Source: an uncultured Clostridia bacterium
GTDB lineage: Bacteria; Bacillota; Clostridia; Christensenellales; CAG-917
Direction of reading: 5' to 3'
NCBI GenBank assembly: GCA_934254835.1
Contig: CAKQMI010000003.1
Span: 14,240 to 78,239 of the forward strand
Length of the DNA stretch: 64,000 bases
Position numbers and translations under genes: made by a program. Numbering within the stretch: the stretch's first letter is position 1; each line of letters starts with the position of its first letter. The notes under the pieces were generated by a model. That model was given only the letters and a program-made list of their open reading frames with translations. It did not search any database and had not been told where the DNA came from. Positions 1-13,365 of the stretch are shown here, piece after piece.

Positions 1-461
1 CTGATATAGAACGGCAACAGCAACGCCATCGTAATAAGGAAGTTGCTGATGAATACGAAAATTGACTTCGCAATGAAAATTTGCGTGCCGTTCACGGGGA
101 ATCGCAACAAAATTTCGTTGTCACCGCTGTAATACAACGCCTTGATGAGCGTCGTCGTGCAGATGAAAAACTGCAAAACAATCGACGCCATCGACACGAT
201 GACGATATAACTGTCGCGAAGTCCCGGACGCGCGATGAACATTTGCGTGAAAAGGAAAATCAAAAATACAACTATCGCATACATCAAACTTGACATAACG
301 AAGTTGAAAATCCACTTTCCGACGTTGCCCGCGCCGATACGTGTGCCGTATCCAAAGCGGGATTTCATATCGATTTTTAAAAGCGCGCGTATGGTAAACC
401 AATCGTCGCGCACCTTTTTTCGATGCTCGGCGAGCGCTTCCTTGTTAATCTTGTTAGACAT
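1..461 (-). CDS. ABC-2-type transporter permease (membrane subunit), N-terminal part; gene runs off the left edge
   Basis: The frame is open to position 1, so it is absent from the ORF track. My translation from ATG 461-459 gives MSNKINKEALAEHRKKVRDDWFTIRALLKIDMKSRFGYGTRIGAGNVGKWIFNFVMSSLMYAIVVFLIFLFTQMF... with hydrophobic helices. Its ATG overlaps the stop of the upstream ATPase gene (ATGTCTAA), the usual ATPase-permease coupling. Confidence 0.6.
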   Translation of the reverse strand, partial: MSNKINKEALAEHRKKVRDDWFTIRALLKIDMKSRFGYGTRIGAGNVGKWIFNFVMSSLMYAIVVFLIFLFTQMFIARPGLRDSYIVIVSMASIVLQFFICTTTLIKALYYSGDNEILLRFPVNGTQIFIAKSIFVFISNFLITMALLLPFYI

Positions 462-1419
462 TCCACGCCCTCCTTTCTTCTTCGGTGGACGAGATTTCAA
501 AGAAACGTTTTTCCAACGTTTCGCGGTTGGCGGGATCGGACAAATCTATGACGCAGTGAAGTATGCCGTCGTTGATGATTGCGACGCGATTGCACACTTT
601 AGCAACCATATCGAGGTTGTGACTGCTGAAAAATACCGTATTGCCCTTTCTGACGTGCTCACGCATATAACTTAATATTTCCGCCGTGGATTGCGGATCA
701 AGTCCCATCATCGGCTCGTCCAAAACCCAAAGTTTCGGCTCGTAAATAAGGGCGGCGATAATGCAGATTTTTTGTTTCATACCGTGGCTGTACGACTTGA
801 TTTGGCGGTCAACCGCAAAGCGCAGTTTGAACAAATCCAAAAACATATTCAGCCTTTCTTCGCGGTCGGCTTTCGGCACGCGGTAAAGGTCGGCGACGTA
901 GTTGACGTACTCCCTGCCCGTCAGACGCTCGTATACGCTGTGGTTGTCGGGGACGTAACCCATATTCATTTTCGCCTGCATCGGCTCTTTCACGATATCG
1001 TATCCGCAGATGGTGACTTTGCCCTCTTCAAACGGCAAAATGCCCGTCAGACATTTGATGGTCGTGGATTTTCCCGCGCCGTTTTTGCCCAAAAATCCGA
1101 AAACTTCGCCGGGCTTGAGTTCCAACGACAAATCTTTGACCGAATAAACCTCGCTGTTTGCATAGCGTTTTTTGAGGTGGTCGATTTTAAGCATCGGGGG
1201 CGCACCCTCGATGACGGTGTTTTCGTTTGAAAAATCGCCAAGACGAGCGTGACTTTCTTCCTCCGCTACGACGACTTCTTCGGGTTCACACGCGTCGAAA
1301 TCTTCATAAAGTCCTTCCATCTCGACGGCGACAGTGTCCTCAAGAACGTCGCTTTCGACAGATGTTACCGCGGTCTCTTCCACGGTTGCATTTTTATTCT
1401 TTCTGAATCTGTTTTTCAT
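454..1419 (-). CDS. ABC transporter ATP-binding protein (ABC-2 exporter type) with acidic N-terminal extension
   Basis: Walker A GKNGAGKSTT, signature-like YSHGMKQK, Walker B LWVLDEPMMGLD, H-loop SSHNL. Start placed at ATG 1419 (MKNRFRK) behind an AAGGTG RBS rather than the track start 1512. Confidence 0.9.
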   Translation of the reverse strand: MKNRFRKNKNATVEETAVTSVESDVLEDTVAVEMEGLYEDFDACEPEEVVVAEEESHARLGDFSNENTVIEGAPPMLKIDHLKKRYANSEVYSVKDLSLELKPGEVFGFLGKNGAGKSTTIKCLTGILPFEEGKVTICGYDIVKEPMQAKMNMGYVPDNHSVYERLTGREYVNYVADLYRVPKADREERLNMFLDLFKLRFAVDRQIKSYSHGMKQKICIIAALIYEPKLWVLDEPMMGLDPQSTAEILSYMREHVRKGNTVFFSSHNLDMVAKVCNRVAIINDGILHCVIDLSDPANRETLEKRFFEISSTEEERRAWNV

Positions 1420-1493
1420 TTCACACCTTTTCCGATTTAATTGCGCGCGTAAACCGCCAAAAACGCAATCGGTTATTATTTTGTACTTTCGAC

Positions 1494-1522
1494 ATTCTAT
1501 CATACACGGCAATTTTTGACAA
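1494..1522 (-). promoter_or_regulatory. sigma-A-type promoter candidate for the ABC operon
   Basis: Minus strand reads TTGTCA-N17-TGaTAGAAT (extended -10) about 75 nt upstream of ATG 1419. Confidence 0.45.
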
Positions 1523-1585
1523 ACGATTTGGTATGTTAGAATTCTTACAAAAGTATTACATTTGTGGCTTAAATGAACCTTAAAG

Positions 1586-1611
1586 GAAAAACCCTCGAAA
1601 ATTTCGAGGGC
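1586..1611 (-). terminator. rho-independent terminator after lacZ
   Basis: Minus strand reads GCCCTCGAA-ATTT-TCGAGGGT followed by TTTTCC, 27 nt after the lacZ stop. Confidence 0.65.
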
Positions 1612-1637
1612 TTTAACAAATCTATTATTGATTATTA

Positions 1638-4763
<3,126 letters not shown>

Positions 4764-4766
4764 TTA

Positions 4767-5471
4767 TTATTTATTAAGGATAACGATACGTCCGCAGTTG
4801 GGACACTCCACGAAATCGCCGTCGCCCCTAAGTTTTCCGATGCAGTCGTTTGGGAGGTTCATTCCGCAGTAGCAACTGCCGTCGCCCGCGTACTCGACAA
4901 ATGCGGGAAGCTTCTTTGCCGACCTGCACCGCTTGTACATTTGAATGAACTTCGGATCGATCTCCTTTTCCAGATTTTTGAGTTTTTCCATGACGGGACG
5001 CCCTTCGTTTTGAAGTTTGAGTTTCAACGCCTGATAGTTTTGAAGAGCGACTTTGTATTGCTCGTTCAGTTGAACCGCCTGACGGGTGAGGTTGTCGCTG
5101 TTGTCCCTGACCTGATCGATACGGCTCGAAACTTTTTGAAGTTCCCTCAAAAGTTTATTGACGTCCTCGGTAAGACCTGCCAACACCTTTTCAAAATATT
5201 CGATTTCCTGAAAATCCTGAACGTCCGAAATGGAGTCGGCGATTTCGTTGACTTCTGATTCGTACTTCTGAACGTTGGCGACAAGTTTTTCGGCGTTCAT
5301 ATTCAGTTCGCCTGCTTCGTTTTGGTACTTTGCCATATTTTCGCCGGCGGTTTTGATTTTCGCATTCAATGCGCTTGCCTTTTCTTTTTCGGTACTGCCG
5401 TTAAGTTCTCTTTCAATCTTGACGAGTTCCGAATCGATTTTTTGGTAGTCGAGCATGTTGTCAAATTTCAT
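4767..5471 (-). CDS. coiled-coil / C4 zinc-ribbon protein (COG1579, DUF164-like)
   Basis: 234 aa. A long heptad-rich coiled coil is followed by a C-terminal CYCGMNLPNDC...ECPNCGRI zinc ribbon. It lies immediately downstream of nif3, the usual partner of this family. Confidence 0.75.
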   Translation of the reverse strand: MKFDNMLDYQKIDSELVKIERELNGSTEKEKASALNAKIKTAGENMAKYQNEAGELNMNAEKLVANVQKYESEVNEIADSISDVQDFQEIEYFEKVLAGLTEDVNKLLRELQKVSSRIDQVRDNSDNLTRQAVQLNEQYKVALQNYQALKLKLQNEGRPVMEKLKNLEKEIDPKFIQMYKRCRSAKKLPAFVEYAGDGSCYCGMNLPNDCIGKLRGDGDFVECPNCGRIVILNK

Positions 5472-5489
5472 ATATACACCTCTTGGAAA

Positions 5490-6260
5490 TCAGCCGTTAA
5501 AGGGATTTCCTTCAAAATATTTTACAATGTTAAGTGTGTCAGAGTGACAGTCAAGTATGTCAAAAAGAATGTCATTGAAACACCTCTCGCTTGCGTAATG
5601 TCCTACGGACATTAACGCGTAATTAGTTTCGTTGGCTTCCAACAAAACGTGATGCTTGAATTCCGAAGACACAAATAAGTCCGCGCCGACTTCTCTTGCA
5701 CGGGCGAAACATTCGTCGTCACCGCCTGCGCCGTTGACCATTGCGACTTTTCTTATCGTCTTGTTTTCGTCGCCGACGGTGAAGACCGTCGCGTCGTCCA
5801 ACAAATATTTTATGCCTTCCTTAATTTCAAAAAACTTCATATCGACGTCGCCAACCGCGCCGATACCGTTTTCAAACAGCGTCGTCACGTTTTTTGCGCC
5901 GAGCGCATGAAGAGTGCGCACAGCCATATTGTCGTGATAGGCGTCGATATTCGTGTGCGCCGAATACACCGCAATGCTTAAAATGTATGCGGACGCGATA
6001 AGATCGCACTTGTAATCTTTCGTCAAGAAGTTTTTTCTCGGCGTAAAAATTATCGGGTGGTGCGTGATAATAAGGTTACATCCGTTTTCTTCGGCTTCTT
6101 GAAGCGCGCGGTCTGTCAGGTCAACCGTCAACAACACTCCCGTACATTCTTCGTCGCCGTTTCCGACAAGAAGCCCCGGGTTGTCGTACGGCATCGCCGT
6201 ATCGAGTGGCGCGACTTTTTCGATAGCGGTAATGATTTCACTGATTTTCATAGTTTTCAA
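5490..6260 (-). CDS. Nif3-like dinuclear metal-centre protein (YqfO / GTP cyclohydrolase 1 type 2 homologue)
   Basis: 256 aa. ITHHPIIF and C-terminal GHYASE motifs. Conserved position after trmK. Confidence 0.9.
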   Translation of the reverse strand: MKTMKISEIITAIEKVAPLDTAMPYDNPGLLVGNGDEECTGVLLTVDLTDRALQEAEENGCNLIITHHPIIFTPRKNFLTKDYKCDLIASAYILSIAVYSAHTNIDAYHDNMAVRTLHALGAKNVTTLFENGIGAVGDVDMKFFEIKEGIKYLLDDATVFTVGDENKTIRKVAMVNGAGGDDECFARAREVGADLFVSSEFKHHVLLEANETNYALMSVGHYASERCFNDILFDILDCHSDTLNIVKYFEGNPFNG

Positions 6261-6882
6261 TTTCCTCCATCTCGGTGACGATTTTTTGAAGCGAGTCGCC
6301 TTTGGCGCGTCCCGACAACATTTTCAAGACTTTTTTACGTATGCCGATAAATTCAACCAAATCAACCGTCTTGTCCTTTCCGAAGAAAATCTCGAACGGC
6401 GTGTAGCGCGTATATCCGACTCCTTCGGCGACGATGACGGGATAAAACTTGTTTCCGCTTTTGACGATGCCGTCCTTTTTGACGAAAAACCCGTTTTCCT
6501 GCAAAAACTGTCGAAGCACGTCTGCGTGCTGGTGCGGTACGAGAATATACTTGTCGTATCTCTTGTCCGAATCATTCAAAATCTTGACGATTTCGTGTGC
6601 GCCAAGTCCCGCGATAACCACCGTGTTGACGTCTTTGTCCCTGACGGGTTCCAGACCGTCGCCGACAAGACAAACGACGCTTTCTTCCTGCAATAATTCC
6701 TTGGAAAGCGTCCTTGCCTTCATCAGACATTCGGGGCTGATATCGACGGCGTACGCCACGTTTTTTGTGATTTCCACGGCGGAATTTGCGATTTTGCCGT
6801 GGTCACAGCCGATATCCGCCACCTTGTCGCCGAGCTCGAGCTCGTTCACGACGGCTTTTAATCTGTCGTCAAGCGCAATCAT
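6238..6882 (-). CDS. trmK: tRNA (adenine22-N1)-methyltransferase
   Basis: 214 aa. SAM-binding DIGCDHG motif. The sigA-trmK-nif3 order matches B. subtilis sigA-yqfN-yqfO. Confidence 0.85.
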   Translation of the reverse strand: MIALDDRLKAVVNELELGDKVADIGCDHGKIANSAVEITKNVAYAVDISPECLMKARTLSKELLQEESVVCLVGDGLEPVRDKDVNTVVIAGLGAHEIVKILNDSDKRYDKYILVPHQHADVLRQFLQENGFFVKKDGIVKSGNKFYPVIVAEGVGYTRYTPFEIFFGKDKTVDLVEFIGIRKKVLKMLSGRAKGDSLQKIVTEMEEIENYENQ

Positions 6883-6884
6883 TT

Positions 6885-7922
6885 TTAGGTATAATCTTTC
6901 AGCTTTTTGATGCGGTTGGGATGGCGCAACTTCCTCAGAGCCTTTGCTTCGATTTGGCGGATACGTTCACGGGTTACGTTGAACTCTTTTCCGACTTCTT
7001 CGAGGGTTCTGGGGTGGCTGTCGTCGATGCCGTAGCGAAGCCTCAGTACCTTTTCCTCACGCGGGGTGAGCGTGCTTAATACGCTGATGAGTTGTTCGCG
7101 AAGCATATTTGCCTCGGCAACCTCAGCAGGCGCGGCCGCGTTGCTGTCCTCGATAAAATCGCCGAGATGGCTGTCTTCTTCCTCGCCGATAGGCGTTTCC
7201 AAAGATACGGGATCCTGCGCGATTTTTTGGATTTCGCGCACGCGCTCGGGCGTGGAGCCGATAAACTCCGCAATTTCTTCGGGGCTGGGTTCGCGTCCCA
7301 ACTTTTGCAAAAGTTGACGGGTGGCGCGCACCTGCTTATTTATCGTTTCGACCATATGCACGGGGATACGAATCGTCCTTGCCTGATCGGCGATTGCACG
7401 GGTAATCGATTGTCTTATCCACCAAGTGGCGTAAGTCGAAAACTTGAATCCTTTTCGATAGTCGAACTTTTCAACCGCTTTCATAAGACCGAGATTGCCT
7501 TCCTGAATGAGGTCCAAAAACTGCATGCCTCTGCCGACGTAGCGTTTTGCAATCGACACGACAAGACGAAGGTTGGCTTCGCTCAAAATACGTTTTGCCT
7601 CCTCGTCGCCTTCTTCCATACGTTTTGCAAGTTCGACCTCGCGCTCCGCCGACAAAAGCGGTACGCGACCAATGTCTTTGAGGTACATTTTGACGGAGTC
7701 GTCCAGACTTCCTTCCGCCATGATTTTGTCGAAATTGTCCTCGGTTTCGCCGACGTGCACGACCGATTCAATCGTCTTGAAGACGTCCTCCATTTCGTCG
7801 GCGGTGGCGTCCAGACGTTCAAGTTTCGACATGATTTCTTCCTGAGTTAAAGCGCCTTTTTTCTTGCCTTCTTCAATCAGTTTTTCGGTTTCAGCCTTTA
7901 ATAAGGCTTCCCTGTTTTCCAT
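6885..7922 (-). CDS. sigA: primary RNA polymerase sigma factor (sigma-70/SigA)
   Basis: 345 aa. Region 2 [26 protein letters not shown] and region 4.2 [29 protein letters not shown]. Confidence 0.97.
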   Translation of the reverse strand: MENREALLKAETEKLIEEGKKKGALTQEEIMSKLERLDATADEMEDVFKTIESVVHVGETEDNFDKIMAEGSLDDSVKMYLKDIGRVPLLSAEREVELAKRMEEGDEEAKRILSEANLRLVVSIAKRYVGRGMQFLDLIQEGNLGLMKAVEKFDYRKGFKFSTYATWWIRQSITRAIADQARTIRIPVHMVETINKQVRATRQLLQKLGREPSPEEIAEFIGSTPERVREIQKIAQDPVSLETPIGEEEDSHLGDFIEDSNAAAPAEVAEANMLREQLISVLSTLTPREEKVLRLRYGIDDSHPRTLEEVGKEFNVTRERIRQIEAKALRKLRHPNRIKKLKDYT

Positions 7923-7965
7923 TAAGACCTCCTTATGTAACGCGAGTACTAATGATGAATATTTT

Positions 7966-9744
7966 TTACTTTAGCGACCGCAACAGTTTTTGACAGACCG
8001 ATAATTCCTCCATAATCTTACGTCGTTCTGCGGAATCTACCGCGACGTCAAAACTTTGCGAAAGTGTTTTGATGCGGAAATTGACGTAGTTTAAGTTCAA
8101 AAGTCTGACGCTGTCGCCATAGTATTTTATCAGTTTTGTTTCGTCGTGAAACTCCTTGACGGAGTTCAGGACGTTTGCGACTTCCTCGTCCTGCGACAAG
8201 GAATACAGCATATGCGCCTGCGGTTTTTCGCCGGCGTCGGTTTTTTCTTTGACGTAATCGTACACGAGTTTGTGCACCTCGTTGTCGCCGAAAACGTCAC
8301 GGGAGATGACGTCGTCGGGTTTTGCAAAGTCCGCGCCCGACGCCATTTTGTTCAGCACAAACCGCGCCGCTTCAAGACTTACGGGCAGTTCGGTTTTTTG
8401 TATTTGCGGTTCTTGGAACACAACTTCCGTTATGTCGTTTTCCAACCCGTCACGCAGTATATTCATCGCAACACGGCTTTTATCGTGCACAATTTCCAGA
8501 TAAACGTCGCGTCCTGTCGTATCAGGCAAAGTTTTGATGAACGCCAAAGCCTCGTTGACGTACTTTGCGCGACCTGTGTTGGTGGACAAGTTGTAGTCCT
8601 TTGCAATCACCGCCAAGACAAACTCGACGTAAGGCACCGCCTCGTCCAAAAGTTTTTCAAAGCCTTTTCTGCCGTGCTTTTTGACATAGTCGTCGGGATC
8701 CATACCTTCCTCGGGAATCGACACGACTTTCAGATTCAGCCCTTCCTTATTCAGGATTTCGAGGTTTCTGACGGTTGCGTGTTGTCCCGCAGCGTCGCCG
8801 TCGTAGCACACGCAGACGTTTTCGGAAAGGGTGCGAAGTGCGCGCGCCTGTTCCGGCGTGAACGCCGTCCCCATTCCCGCAACTACGTTGTTGAAGCCGA
8901 ACTTTGCCAAAGAAATAACGTCCATATATCCCTCGACCACGACGACGCGATTGACGGCGATTTTCTGTTTTTCTTTCTTGACGAAGTTGCCGGCGTACAA
9001 GACCTTGCCTTTTTCAAAAACTTTGGTATTGCGATAATTGACGTATTTTCCGCCCGTATATTCTTTGGTGATGGCTCGTCCGCTGAAAGCAACGACTCTG
9101 CCACGCATATCGAAAATGGGCACTATCATACGGCTTTGCAATGCGTCGAAAACGTTTTTGGATTTTTCGCTTTGCCACGCCACACCGCAGTCTAACATTT
9201 CCTGCTCGGAAAAACCTTGTTCTTTCAAGTGATTGATGACGCCGTCGTAACTTGGCGAATACCCGAGCCCGAACCTTGTCATAAGGTTTTTGTCGATACC
9301 GCGTTTTTCAAGGTAGGCGCGGGCATCTTTGCCCTCGTCGCCCATAAGACACTTGTAATAAAACTTTGCGGTGAGCGTCAAAATTTCAAAAAGCCTGTCC
9401 CGCTTTTCTTTGGACTCGGCACTGCGTTGAAGACCGACGGGCGTAGGCACTTGCATACCCGCGCGCTCGGCAAGGAAGGCAACCGCCTCGGGGAAAGTCA
9501 TACCCTCCATTCTCATAATGAACGTGATGACGTCGCCCGACTCGCCACAGCCGAAACAATGATAAAACTGTCCGTCCTCGTTGACGCACATCGACGGAGT
9601 TTTTTCATGATGAAACGGACAGCAACACCAAAACTTACCGCCTTTTTGTTGCAACTGGACGTACCGCGACATCACTTCGACTATGTTGTTTTTTTCCTTT
9701 AATTCCTGTAACCAGTCCAAAGGATAGCCTTCTTTTTGAAACAT
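7966..9744 (-). CDS. dnaG: DNA primase
   Basis: 592 aa. Zinc ribbon [14 protein letters not shown]...[17 protein letters not shown] motifs EGYMDVIS and YDGDAAG. Confidence 0.97.
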   Translation of the reverse strand: MFQKEGYPLDWLQELKEKNNIVEVMSRYVQLQQKGGKFWCCCPFHHEKTPSMCVNEDGQFYHCFGCGESGDVITFIMRMEGMTFPEAVAFLAERAGMQVPTPVGLQRSAESKEKRDRLFEILTLTAKFYYKCLMGDEGKDARAYLEKRGIDKNLMTRFGLGYSPSYDGVINHLKEQGFSEQEMLDCGVAWQSEKSKNVFDALQSRMIVPIFDMRGRVVAFSGRAITKEYTGGKYVNYRNTKVFEKGKVLYAGNFVKKEKQKIAVNRVVVVEGYMDVISLAKFGFNNVVAGMGTAFTPEQARALRTLSENVCVCYDGDAAGQHATVRNLEILNKEGLNLKVVSIPEEGMDPDDYVKKHGRKGFEKLLDEAVPYVEFVLAVIAKDYNLSTNTGRAKYVNEALAFIKTLPDTTGRDVYLEIVHDKSRVAMNILRDGLENDITEVVFQEPQIQKTELPVSLEAARFVLNKMASGADFAKPDDVISRDVFGDNEVHKLVYDYVKEKTDAGEKPQAHMLYSLSQDEEVANVLNSVKEFHDETKLIKYYGDSVRLLNLNYVNFRIKTLSQSFDVAVDSAERRKIMEELSVCQKLLRSLK

Positions 9745-9793
9745 ATAACCTCAAACGTTTACAATTTATTATTCGTAAAAATTGTCGTAATTC

Positions 9794-10804
9794 CTAAAAC
9801 TCGCGCAATTTTTCTTGCCAGCCTTTCGGGATATAGATATCCGAAAAGACTTTTACGGCGTATCGGTCGCTCATTGCGGCGATATAATCGCACACGACGG
9901 TCTCCGCGCCGTAGTCGGACAACATATCTTTGTAAAGAACGGGAAGTTCCGCCGTGTTGCCCATAAAATATCCGAAAAGACTTTCGATAAGCCTCTTGGC
10001 TTTCACCTCTTCGTACTTTGCCTCCGACTGCGTATAAAGGTTTTTGAACATATACGAGCGCAGTTCGTCCAGCGCGCCCTCGAACTCGTCGGAAAGCGAA
10101 ATTTGCGGTTTGCTTATGCTGTTTTCGACAAGGTCGTACACAAGGTTGTTTATCCTGTCGCGGTGGGTGCGCCCCAAGACGTCGACGCACGACTTCGGCA
10201 GACTGTCCTCGGCAATAAGCCCCGCGCGTATTCCGTCGTCGATGTCGTGATTGACGTAGGCGATGCGGTCGGCGTATCCCACGACTTTCCCTTCCAAAGT
10301 TTTCGGATTGCCGTCGATGCGGTGTTCCCTTATGCCGTCCAGCACTTCCGCCGTGAGATTGAGTTTTTCCAGCACCTCGCACACGCGCACGCTCTGTTCG
10401 TTGTGCGAAAATTTGCCGTTGGTAAGCGCGCTTAAAGTGCGCTCGCCGGCGTGACCGAACGGGGTGTGTCCCAAGTCGTGTCCCATTGCGATTGCCTCGA
10501 TAAGGTCCTCGTTCAGGCGTACCGCGCGCCCGACAGTCCTTGCGATTTGCGACACTTCCAAAGTGTGCGTCAGACGGGTGCGGTAATGATCGCCCTCGGG
10601 CGACAAGAATACCTGCGTCTTGTGCTTCAATCGTCTGAACGCTTTGCTGTGGATAATCCTGTCGCGGTCGCGCTGAAACTCGGTGCGGATTTTGCACTCT
10701 TCAATCGGCGTTTCCCGCCCCGCGGTGTCGCGACTTTTGAAGGCATAGGGACTCAGATACTTGTCCTCGATTTCGTAGGTTACGTCTTTAATATCGTTGC
10801 TCAT
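9794..10804 (-). CDS. dGTP triphosphohydrolase-like HD-domain protein
   Basis: 336 aa. RDRDRIIHSKAFRRL, RLTHTLEVSQIAR and GHDLGHTPFGHAGE are typical of the Dgt family. Confidence 0.9.
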   Translation of the reverse strand: MSNDIKDVTYEIEDKYLSPYAFKSRDTAGRETPIEECKIRTEFQRDRDRIIHSKAFRRLKHKTQVFLSPEGDHYRTRLTHTLEVSQIARTVGRAVRLNEDLIEAIAMGHDLGHTPFGHAGERTLSALTNGKFSHNEQSVRVCEVLEKLNLTAEVLDGIREHRIDGNPKTLEGKVVGYADRIAYVNHDIDDGIRAGLIAEDSLPKSCVDVLGRTHRDRINNLVYDLVENSISKPQISLSDEFEGALDELRSYMFKNLYTQSEAKYEEVKAKRLIESLFGYFMGNTAELPVLYKDMLSDYGAETVVCDYIAAMSDRYAVKVFSDIYIPKGWQEKLREF

Positions 10805-11004
10805 TTCCTTTTTTTCGGTTGAACTTTGTGTTTTTCGCCGTTTTCGTCAACAATATACGTATTGTCGAGTTGCGCCTTTAAGGACGCCTTGACGCTGTCG
10901 ATATATTCACGGCGTATCGTGGCTTGTTCGGCCTTTTCCTCGTCGGTCAACCCTTCGATTTTGGATTTTTTTGCAAGATAATTCAGCCTTTCGATATCAA
11001 TCAT
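10801..11004 (-). CDS. DUF896 (UPF0291, YnzC-like) small protein
   Basis: 67 aa. MIDIERLNYLAKKSKIEGLTDEEKAEQATIRREYIDSVK matches the family pattern. 4-nt overlaps with both neighbouring genes. Confidence 0.75.
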   Translation of the reverse strand: MIDIERLNYLAKKSKIEGLTDEEKAEQATIRREYIDSVKASLKAQLDNTYIVDENGEKHKVQPKKRK

Positions 11005-11591
11005 TTGTTGTACCTTTCGATAATTTCTTCGTTTTGTTTCAAAAGTTTTGCTTTTTCACAAACGCTGTCGGCGGATTCCACCAAACGCAAGAATTCTTCG
11101 TCGTACTTTTCTTTGTCCGCCTTCGACTTGTCCAAAGCGAGTATCCGCGCATTGACGTCGGACAATCCCTCATACAATTCGTAATAACCCTTGATTTGCT
11201 TTTCGGTGAAGGTCGTCAACGCATGGTCGGCAACCGCCGTTATCTTCAATGAAAACTTCAAAATTTCTCTTTTTGCTTTTTCCTTGTCGCGGGTGTCGTA
11301 CAAAGTGTGGATATGCTTTGCAATGTACTGCGTCTCCTCAACGAGGCTGTTTACGTAGCCCTGCTTTTTCCTTTTGTTGACGGCTTTGATAAGCGGAATT
11401 CCCACGATAAGCGACAGCCCGAACGCGCAATAGGTTGCGATAAGTTTTATTAAGTCGTCGTTGGAAAACTCGACGTCGGGCTCGGCATTAGTGCCGTCAC
11501 CGCTTGTCGAAGCGTACGCAATCGACGTAGTCGAAAACGCAATAAGCAAGGTTAACAGTAAAAATATGACAAATAAACTATGTTTTTTCAT
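11001..11591 (-). CDS. hypothetical secreted/membrane-anchored protein
   Basis: Start moved to MKKHSLFVIFLLLTLLIAFSTTSIAYAS (signal peptide). The ATGA overlap with the mscS stop at 11588-11591 supports this start. A second hydrophobic helix and a helical C-terminus follow. No family recognised. Confidence 0.55.
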   Translation of the reverse strand: MKKHSLFVIFLLLTLLIAFSTTSIAYASTSGDGTNAEPDVEFSNDDLIKLIATYCAFGLSLIVGIPLIKAVNKRKKQGYVNSLVEETQYIAKHIHTLYDTRDKEKAKREILKFSLKITAVADHALTTFTEKQIKGYYELYEGLSDVNARILALDKSKADKEKYDEEFLRLVESADSVCEKAKLLKQNEEIIERYNK

Positions 11592-12403
11592 TGTTCGTTG
11601 CCTCCGACGACTTTTACGGCAAGTTTGTTTGTCGTGACTGATATGCCGTTTTCGTTCAAAGTCTTGACAATTTCTTCGTTCAAAATAAACAAAGCGTCCC
11701 AGTAAAACTCGGTGGGCACCCAGCAACGAAGCGTCACTACAATTGCGCTGTCGGTATAGGACGACAAGACGACGCTCGGCGCGGGCGAAGACAAGACTTC
11801 GCTTTTGTCGTTTGCGATTTTCAGCATTATTTTTCTTATCTTTTCCACGTCCTCGTCATAGGAAAACCTCAGACTGCACACAACCCTTCTTGTGGGATTT
11901 GTGCTGTAATTCACGACACCGCTTCCGATAAGAGATGAGTTGGGAAGCGTAATCATTTGGTTGTCGTACGTCACGAGCTTGGTGTTGAAAAACCCGATTG
12001 CCATAACCGTGCCCTCGACGCCGTTCACCGCAACGTAGTCGCCCACGACGAAAGGCTTGCTTCCGAGGATTATAAATCCGTTGGCAAGGTTGCTGAGACT
12101 GTCCTTCAACGCCAGGGATATCGCAAGTCCTGCCGCCGAAATGAGCGCAACGAAACTTGCCGTCGAAATCCCCGCCGACTTTCCCGTCATCAGGAACAGC
12201 CCGAAATAAAGCAGAACGCCCACAACCGACAAAACAAAACTGGAAATCGTCCTGTCCAGATGCGCGCGCACCGAAAGTTTGTTGGCGATAAGCATCAAAA
12301 GTTTGACCGCCAGCAAGCCGAAAATAAACACGGCAATCGTCCGCGCAATCGTCAGACCGTTGCCGGTGATAAACTCAAATAAGATTTTTTCAAATTCAGC
12401 CAT
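11588..12403 (-). CDS. small-conductance mechanosensitive channel (MscS family)
   Basis: 271 aa. Three N-terminal TM helices, then the MscS beta-domain KPFVVGDYVAVNGVEGTVMAIGFFNTKLVTYDNQMITLPNS. Confidence 0.88.
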   Translation of the reverse strand: MAEFEKILFEFITGNGLTIARTIAVFIFGLLAVKLLMLIANKLSVRAHLDRTISSFVLSVVGVLLYFGLFLMTGKSAGISTASFVALISAAGLAISLALKDSLSNLANGFIILGSKPFVVGDYVAVNGVEGTVMAIGFFNTKLVTYDNQMITLPNSSLIGSGVVNYSTNPTRRVVCSLRFSYDEDVEKIRKIMLKIANDKSEVLSSPAPSVVLSSYTDSAIVVTLRCWVPTEFYWDALFILNEEIVKTLNENGISVTTNKLAVKVVGGNEQ

Positions 12404-12409
12404 AGTACC

Positions 12410-13357
12410 CTACTGTTTCCACATCTTTTGGAAAATCCTGAAAAGGAGTTTGTCCGCTCTTTTTTGCGAGACGTCGCTTTGTCCCGTGACCGCCGAGTGT
12501 ATCGACCTTTCGGCAAGCGTCGGCACAAGCGCGGTGAGAACGTTGAATTCGATATCCTTTTCCATTGACGCCATCGTGAAATATGCGTCGCCGTCAAAGT
12601 TGGTGTGCGACGGCGAAATTGCCCGTGCAAGACCGTCGTGAGCGAGGTCCGCCAAGCGGTTTGCCTGCACTTTTGTGATTTTCGCATTCGTCAGGACGCA
12701 ACCTATCGTTGTGTTTGCGCCGTATTGCCCGACTGCGCCCGACGTGAAAACTTTCAGACTGTCCAAAAAACTTCCGTCGGGGGACTTTATCCCCGCAATG
12801 ATTTTGCCGTTGTCCACGACGTCGCCCAAAGCGTTCACGACGGAAATAACCGCCACTTCGATGCCGTTCAATGACACGCTCGCAACGCCGAGCCCCGCCT
12901 TTGCCAAACTTTCCATACCCAAAAGTTTGCCGACGGTTGCGCCTGTCCCCGCGCCGATATTACCGGACGAAAAGTCGCCCGCTTTGGCGTTCTTTGCAGA
13001 GAGGTAGCCTGCGTTTTTGTCGGGAAACGCAAAGTTTTTGTATTCCAAATCGAAAATCGACGCACCGACGACGATGGGCACAACTTGCTTTCCGACCTTA
13101 AATCCACAGCCGTTTTCGGCAAGGTATTGCATGACGCCACACGACGCTTCGAGTCCGTACGCACTCCCGCCCGACAAAACGCACGCGTTGACTTTCTCCA
13201 CCGTCTTTTCGGGGGAAAGCAAGTCGGTTTCGCGGGTTGCGGGGGACGCTCCGCGGACGCTTACTCCGCCCACTGCGCCGTCTTCACAAATGATTGCGGT
13301 GACGCCCGTCCCGTTTTCTTCGTCGGTAAAATGTCCGATTTTGAATTTTTCCAGCAT
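12410..13357 (-). CDS. P1/S58 family peptidase (DmpA-type L-aminopeptidase/D-esterase)
   Basis: 315 aa. N-terminus KIGHFTDEENGTGVTAIICEDGAVGGVSVRGASPATRETDLL and the internal NTTIGCVLTNA self-processing-type motif. Confidence 0.85.
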   Translation of the reverse strand: MLEKFKIGHFTDEENGTGVTAIICEDGAVGGVSVRGASPATRETDLLSPEKTVEKVNACVLSGGSAYGLEASCGVMQYLAENGCGFKVGKQVVPIVVGASIFDLEYKNFAFPDKNAGYLSAKNAKAGDFSSGNIGAGTGATVGKLLGMESLAKAGLGVASVSLNGIEVAVISVVNALGDVVDNGKIIAGIKSPDGSFLDSLKVFTSGAVGQYGANTTIGCVLTNAKITKVQANRLADLAHDGLARAISPSHTNFDGDAYFTMASMEKDIEFNVLTALVPTLAERSIHSAVTGQSDVSQKRADKLLFRIFQKMWKQ

Positions 13358-13365
13358 AGTATTCC

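Noticed and set aside
9759-10697. A 312-aa Arg-rich ORF in an alternative frame of the dGTPase gene.
   Set aside because: Extreme Arg/Gly/Pro bias with no motifs. The overlapping frame encodes an intact HD-domain Dgt protein.
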